The notes beneath the pieces were generated by a model that made no database searches, was not told where the DNA came from, and saw nothing but the letters and a program-made list of their open reading frames with translations. A program made the position numbers and the translations under genes. Shown here one piece after another: positions 60,808 through 64,000 of a stretch of 64,000 nucleotides of DNA. Origin of the DNA: an uncultured Candidatus Saccharibacteria bacterium (GTDB taxonomy: Bacteria; Patescibacteriota; Saccharimonadia; Saccharimonadales; EFPC-124); contig CBDDBE010000001.1 of the NCBI GenBank assembly GCA_965225085.1, positions 129,641 to 193,640 of the forward strand, read 5' to 3'. The stretch's first letter is position 1. Every line of letters starts with the position of its first letter.

Positions 60808-62172
60808 ATGGCGCGAGGGGCAACTGCAACATTGGATAAGCTTGTAAAGCGGGCGGAAAAGATTTCGCTCAGTGATCTTATTGCGGCCGAGCACGCCAAA
60901 AAACCTACGCCGCCAGAAATCACCGAACTAGTAGCAGCGGTCCTGGCAGCCGGACTACGCACCGGTGCTTCGGCGATTCATATCGAGCCCAGGAGCGATG
61001 GCGCTTATATTCGGCATCGAATTGACGGCGTCCTAACTGACACCAGTACGCTTCCCAAAACAATCGCGCCGCTTCTCATTGCCGGCCTCAAAATCCTAGC
61101 CCATATTCCCATTGACGAGGACGAAAGCCTACCTCAGCAAGCAACCACATCTGTCACCGTCCAACAAAAGCCCTACCGATTGCAGATTGCGACCGTTCCC
61201 GTCGAAGGCGGCGAGAAGGCGGTTGTGCAGCTCAGCGGCATCGGCGAGAAGGCGCCAACGCTAAAAGAATTGGGGTACTGGGGGCCAAACCTCAAGACGA
61301 TCAGCGACGCCATAACCAAACAAAAAGGCCTAATACTCCTGGCCGGCCCTCACGACGCGGGGCAAGCCGAAGGAGCGTTCGGAATATTGTCCCACCTTGA
61401 TTCCCCTGGTGTTAGCGTTGCCACGGTCGAGGACCCAATTCTGTATCACATACCGGGCGCCACCCAAGTACAGGTGAACGAACGAGTGGGACTACATTTT
61501 GCCGGTGCGCTGCGTATACTCCTAAAACAAGACGCCAATATTCTGATGGTGAGTAACCTGCGCGACACCGAAACGGCGCAACTAGCCGTCGAGGGGGCGC
61601 TCGGTGGCCGTCTGATCGTGGCCGGCATCCATGGTTCGAGCGCCTCTAGCGCGATTGGGTATCTGCTGGCGGCAGGCATCGAGCCCTATCTGGTTGCGCA
61701 CACGCTTCAGGCTATCGTCGGACAGCGCTCGGTACGACGCCTATGTGATGACTGCAAAGAATTATACAGCCCAGGCGAGCAAGAGGTAATAAGCTTGCTG
61801 CGAAGCCTCGACATCAAAACGGCGACGCAGCTCCAGCGCGTCAGGGATCTGCTGGGCATTGCCATCGAGGAAAAGCTTATAGTTGGCTCATCTCCCACCG
61901 ATAAAGGCGCCTTCATGGCACAGCTATACCGGCCATCCAAAGCCGGCTGTGCAACATGTAGCCACACAGGCTACAAGGGCTCAATCGGCATTTACGAAGT
62001 TCTCCCCGGTGATGGCCAGTCGTTGCAGCGCCTAATCTTAAGCAATGCGGCTCCAAATATCATCGAGGATCAGGCAATGGCTGATGGCATGCCCACTATG
62101 CAGATGGATGGCCTAGTCAAAGCCCTTCTTGGCCTTACGAGTGTCGACGAAGTCGTGAATGCGACGCAGTAG
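60808..62172 (+). CDS. GspE/PilB-family type IV pilus/T2SS ATPase homolog with degenerate nucleotide-binding motifs
   Basis: 454 aa. ..ASAIHIEPRSDGAYIRHRIDG.., tetra-Cys ..CDDC....CATC.. . Walker A reads GPHDAGQAEG (expected GPTGSGKT) and Walker B reads ILMVSNLRD (expected IMVGEIRD). His box is ..AGIHG.. . Confidence 0.75.
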   Translation: MARGATATLDKLVKRAEKISLSDLIAAEHAKKPTPPEITELVAAVLAAGLRTGASAIHIEPRSDGAYIRHRIDGVLTDTSTLPKTIAPLLIAGLKILAHIPIDEDESLPQQATTSVTVQQKPYRLQIATVPVEGGEKAVVQLSGIGEKAPTLKELGYWGPNLKTISDAITKQKGLILLAGPHDAGQAEGAFGILSHLDSPGVSVATVEDPILYHIPGATQVQVNERVGLHFAGALRILLKQDANILMVSNLRDTETAQLAVEGALGGRLIVAGIHGSSASSAIGYLLAAGIEPYLVAHTLQAIVGQRSVRRLCDDCKELYSPGEQEVISLLRSLDIKTATQLQRVRDLLGIAIEEKLIVGSSPTDKGAFMAQLYRPSKAGCATCSHTGYKGSIGIYEVLPGDGQSLQRLILSNAAPNIIEDQAMADGMPTMQMDGLVKALLGLTSVDEVVNATQ

Positions 62173-62186
62173 CACGAGGTTCAAGA

Positions 62187-62669
62187 ATGGCTCGCATTCG
62201 ACTACTTAAACACCGCCAAATTGGGTTCGTGATGATCGAAGCAGTCATTGCGCTTATCATTTTAGGCGTCATCGTAGCCCTTGTCCTCAATAGCCTACAA
62301 CTCGTCCAAGCCAAATCCCGTGATACGCATCGGCGCGACGAGATAGACGCCATAGCCAGCCAACTCGAGACCTGCTATACGGGTCCCTGCAAGGGATCAT
62401 ACCCGTCACTCCTTCAACTTACCGATACATTCCCGGGTGGCTTTGTTTCGTCGCATCTTACTGGCCTGAGTACCGATAATTTATATGACAGCAGCGCCGG
62501 AATTATCCAGGCCGGCGACGCAACCGCCGCCACTCAGTACCAGTACAGCCCTATGCCCGATCGCTGCACCGGGATTGACGGCGCGTTGCCGTGCTCGGGC
62601 TTTACGCTGAAGGCCTACCAAGAGACAAATCCGGATCACCCTTACACCAAGCAGAGCCTACATGCTTAG
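62187..62669 (+). CDS. Type IV pilin / pseudopilin-like protein
   Basis: 160 aa. Prepilin signature ..KHRQIG/FVMIEAVIALIILGVIVALVL.. (Gly-1, Phe+1, Glu+5). Confidence 0.75.
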   Translation: MARIRLLKHRQIGFVMIEAVIALIILGVIVALVLNSLQLVQAKSRDTHRRDEIDAIASQLETCYTGPCKGSYPSLLQLTDTFPGGFVSSHLTGLSTDNLYDSSAGIIQAGDATAATQYQYSPMPDRCTGIDGALPCSGFTLKAYQETNPDHPYTKQSLHA

Positions 62670-62670
62670 A

Positions 62671-64000
62671 CTACTTGCGGACCCGTTTGAGCACCTCCCA
62701 TTTGCGATGGAGCAGACCCCCTATATCCTGCCGATACTCATACGCTATGTATCCGACGGCTACGGCGCCGACAGCGGCAACCACCCACGGGCTTATACCC
62801 CCACCTTGGCCGGGTGCTGCATCGGCTGCATTTGTCGTTGCGCCCAACACCGAGCCCGTGCCCGATTTCGATGTTGAGGGTTTTTTAGATTTTGAGCTCG
62901 TGGAGCTAGACTTTGCAGCAGTCTTTTTAGATGCTGCCGTAGATGCCTTGGCGGATCCAAGCGATGCATCAGCAGGCTCGGAGATAATATTCTGGCTTCC
63001 CGGTGTCGGTATTGTCGACCACACCCAAAGCCCGTCAGTGTTGTGCGCCCAGCTAGCCCCAGAACGAGCCTTGCCGTACGACGGGACGTCAACCAGCATT
63101 GCACCACTTGGGTCGTACAATCGCACGCCGCTGCCGCTGTTGCTCAATTGAATATGGGTTAGCGACGATTTGAATGCAAGGTAGCCATGCGGAGCAATTG
63201 TCTGGTCGTGAATAACATATTTGTGCGTCCATGCCGACCCGGCCTTCAGCGTATAGCCATTCAGATTAAGTGGTTCATCGTACGGATTGTACAGCTCTAT
63301 AAATTCGTCCGCACTATCCAGGAGCGGGCTTGCCGGATCAGGAAAAACTTCCGTGATCTCGGGGTCGAGGAATGGCCCCGTTGCGCCGGTACTGTCAGAG
63401 GCCTGACCTCCTGGACCAGAATTATCCTGAGGCGGGGCGGCAAGGACAAAGTCATTGCCGTTATCGTTGCTGTCTATATAGCTAGCCGTGGCACTTTGGA
63501 TGCGCCCGATACTGCGCCCTGCCCCTGGAGTGGGCGCCGCATGGCTGCCTTCGTAGCCCAAGGCAGCTCCATATCCTACCATATCCTGAACCGATTCGGG
63601 CGTCGAGTTGGTCTTAGGCTTTACAAGCCGCACCTCGCCTCCCGTTGTGGCCATGCCCGATGTAAGAGGCAGCGCTCCCGGCTCGTTCTCGACGCTCGAG
63701 AGCCTCAATGTTGCACCTGCGTCAATTGCCGTTTGCATGGCGCTACAACCAGAACCACTTGCCATGCCACAGCCAATTGTCGCCTTTGTTGCCCACCCCG
63801 ATGCATCGATGTTTGTATGGCTGGAGCTTCGATATTGAATCTGCCATCCAGTGATGTCCACCGGGGCGATATTAGGATTGTATAATTCAACGTACTCATC
63901 GCTGGCCGAACCCGCAGAAGCAGGTTCAATCTGAGCAATCAGCACATTGCCGATCTGTTCTCCCACCGCTATTACCTCAACTGAATTACTCACAGCGCTA
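62671..64000 (-). CDS. Lamin-tail-domain (LTD) x2 surface protein with C-terminal membrane anchor (5' end probably outside window)
   Basis: Two LTD signatures (..SDEYVELYNPNIAPVDITGWQI.., ..ADEFIELYNPYDEPLNLNGYTL..), a Ser/Lys-rich linker, and a C-terminal TM (WVVAAVGAVAVGYIAY). The reading frame is still open at the window edge. Confidence 0.65.
   Translation of the reverse strand, partial: SAVSNSVEVIAVGEQIGNVLIAQIEPASAGSASDEYVELYNPNIAPVDITGWQIQYRSSSHTNIDASGWATKATIGCGMASGSGCSAMQTAIDAGATLRLSSVENEPGALPLTSGMATTGGEVRLVKPKTNSTPESVQDMVGYGAALGYEGSHAAPTPGAGRSIGRIQSATASYIDSNDNGNDFVLAAPPQDNSGPGGQASDSTGATGPFLDPEITEVFPDPASPLLDSADEFIELYNPYDEPLNLNGYTLKAGSAWTHKYVIHDQTIAPHGYLAFKSSLTHIQLSNSGSGVRLYDPSGAMLVDVPSYGKARSGASWAHNTDGLWVWSTIPTPGSQNIISEPADASLGSAKASTAASKKTAAKSSSTSSKSKKPSTSKSGTGSVLGATTNAADAAPGQGGGISPWVVAAVGAVAVGYIAYEYRQDIGGLLHRKWEVLKRVRK

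Noticed and set aside
63187-63885. 232-aa plus-strand ORF antisense to the LTD protein gene (also 62591..63151)
   Set aside because: It is an Arg/Cys-rich shadow frame. The minus strand shows two clear LTD signatures and a C-terminal anchor.

Overview
This is a gene-dense 64-kb chromosomal segment with a background GC near 50% (hand counts on single 60-nt lines). I annotate about 75 protein genes and 6 tRNA genes (Lys-CTT, Arg-TCG, His-GTG, Arg-TCT, Gly-TCC, Pro-CGG, Pro-TGG; all encode CCA). I saw no rRNA, CRISPR array, transposase or integrase.

Core genes: dispersed peptidoglycan genes (mraY, murC, murB, an HTH-fused murA, a class-A PBP with an FN3 tail), glyA, rny/ymdB and tsaB/tsaE. Transporters: two MFS, a ZIP, a P1B ATPase and a SemiSWEET. 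Regulators: MarR and AraC.

The mix of sortases, a type IV pilin, a truncated TsaB, scattered mur genes and many orphan genes suggests a small-genome bacterium with a Gram-positive-type envelope, possibly Patescibacteria/Saccharibacteria-like. That is inference only.

Most interesting:
1. A roughly ten-gene plus-strand surface operon (2712-10534, plus the convergent gene 10535-11101). Two WxL-like/DUF916-like (Csc-like) protein pairs bracket three tail-fibre-like proteins, a glycosyltransferase and a methyltransferase.
2. A cluster at 22483-27452 with a sortase, a processive PgaC/IcaA-like GT2 synthase, a 61-aa 'naked' LPXTG sorting-signal mini-protein with a canonical promoter and SD, a CBM-Ig-CE4 deacetylase, and a sortase-fold protein lacking the His/Cys/Arg triad.
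3. About a dozen monocistronic, clearly GC-richer orphan genes wedged between housekeeping genes, many beside tRNA genes.
4. Unusual architectures: an AsnB fused to a CofE-like domain, a membrane-anchored double-AAA+ Clp-like ATPase coupled to a small membrane protein, HTH-MurA, and a PilB/GspE paralog with destroyed Walker A/B motifs next to a pilin.

All family calls come from motif recognition by eye. No database search or computation was run.
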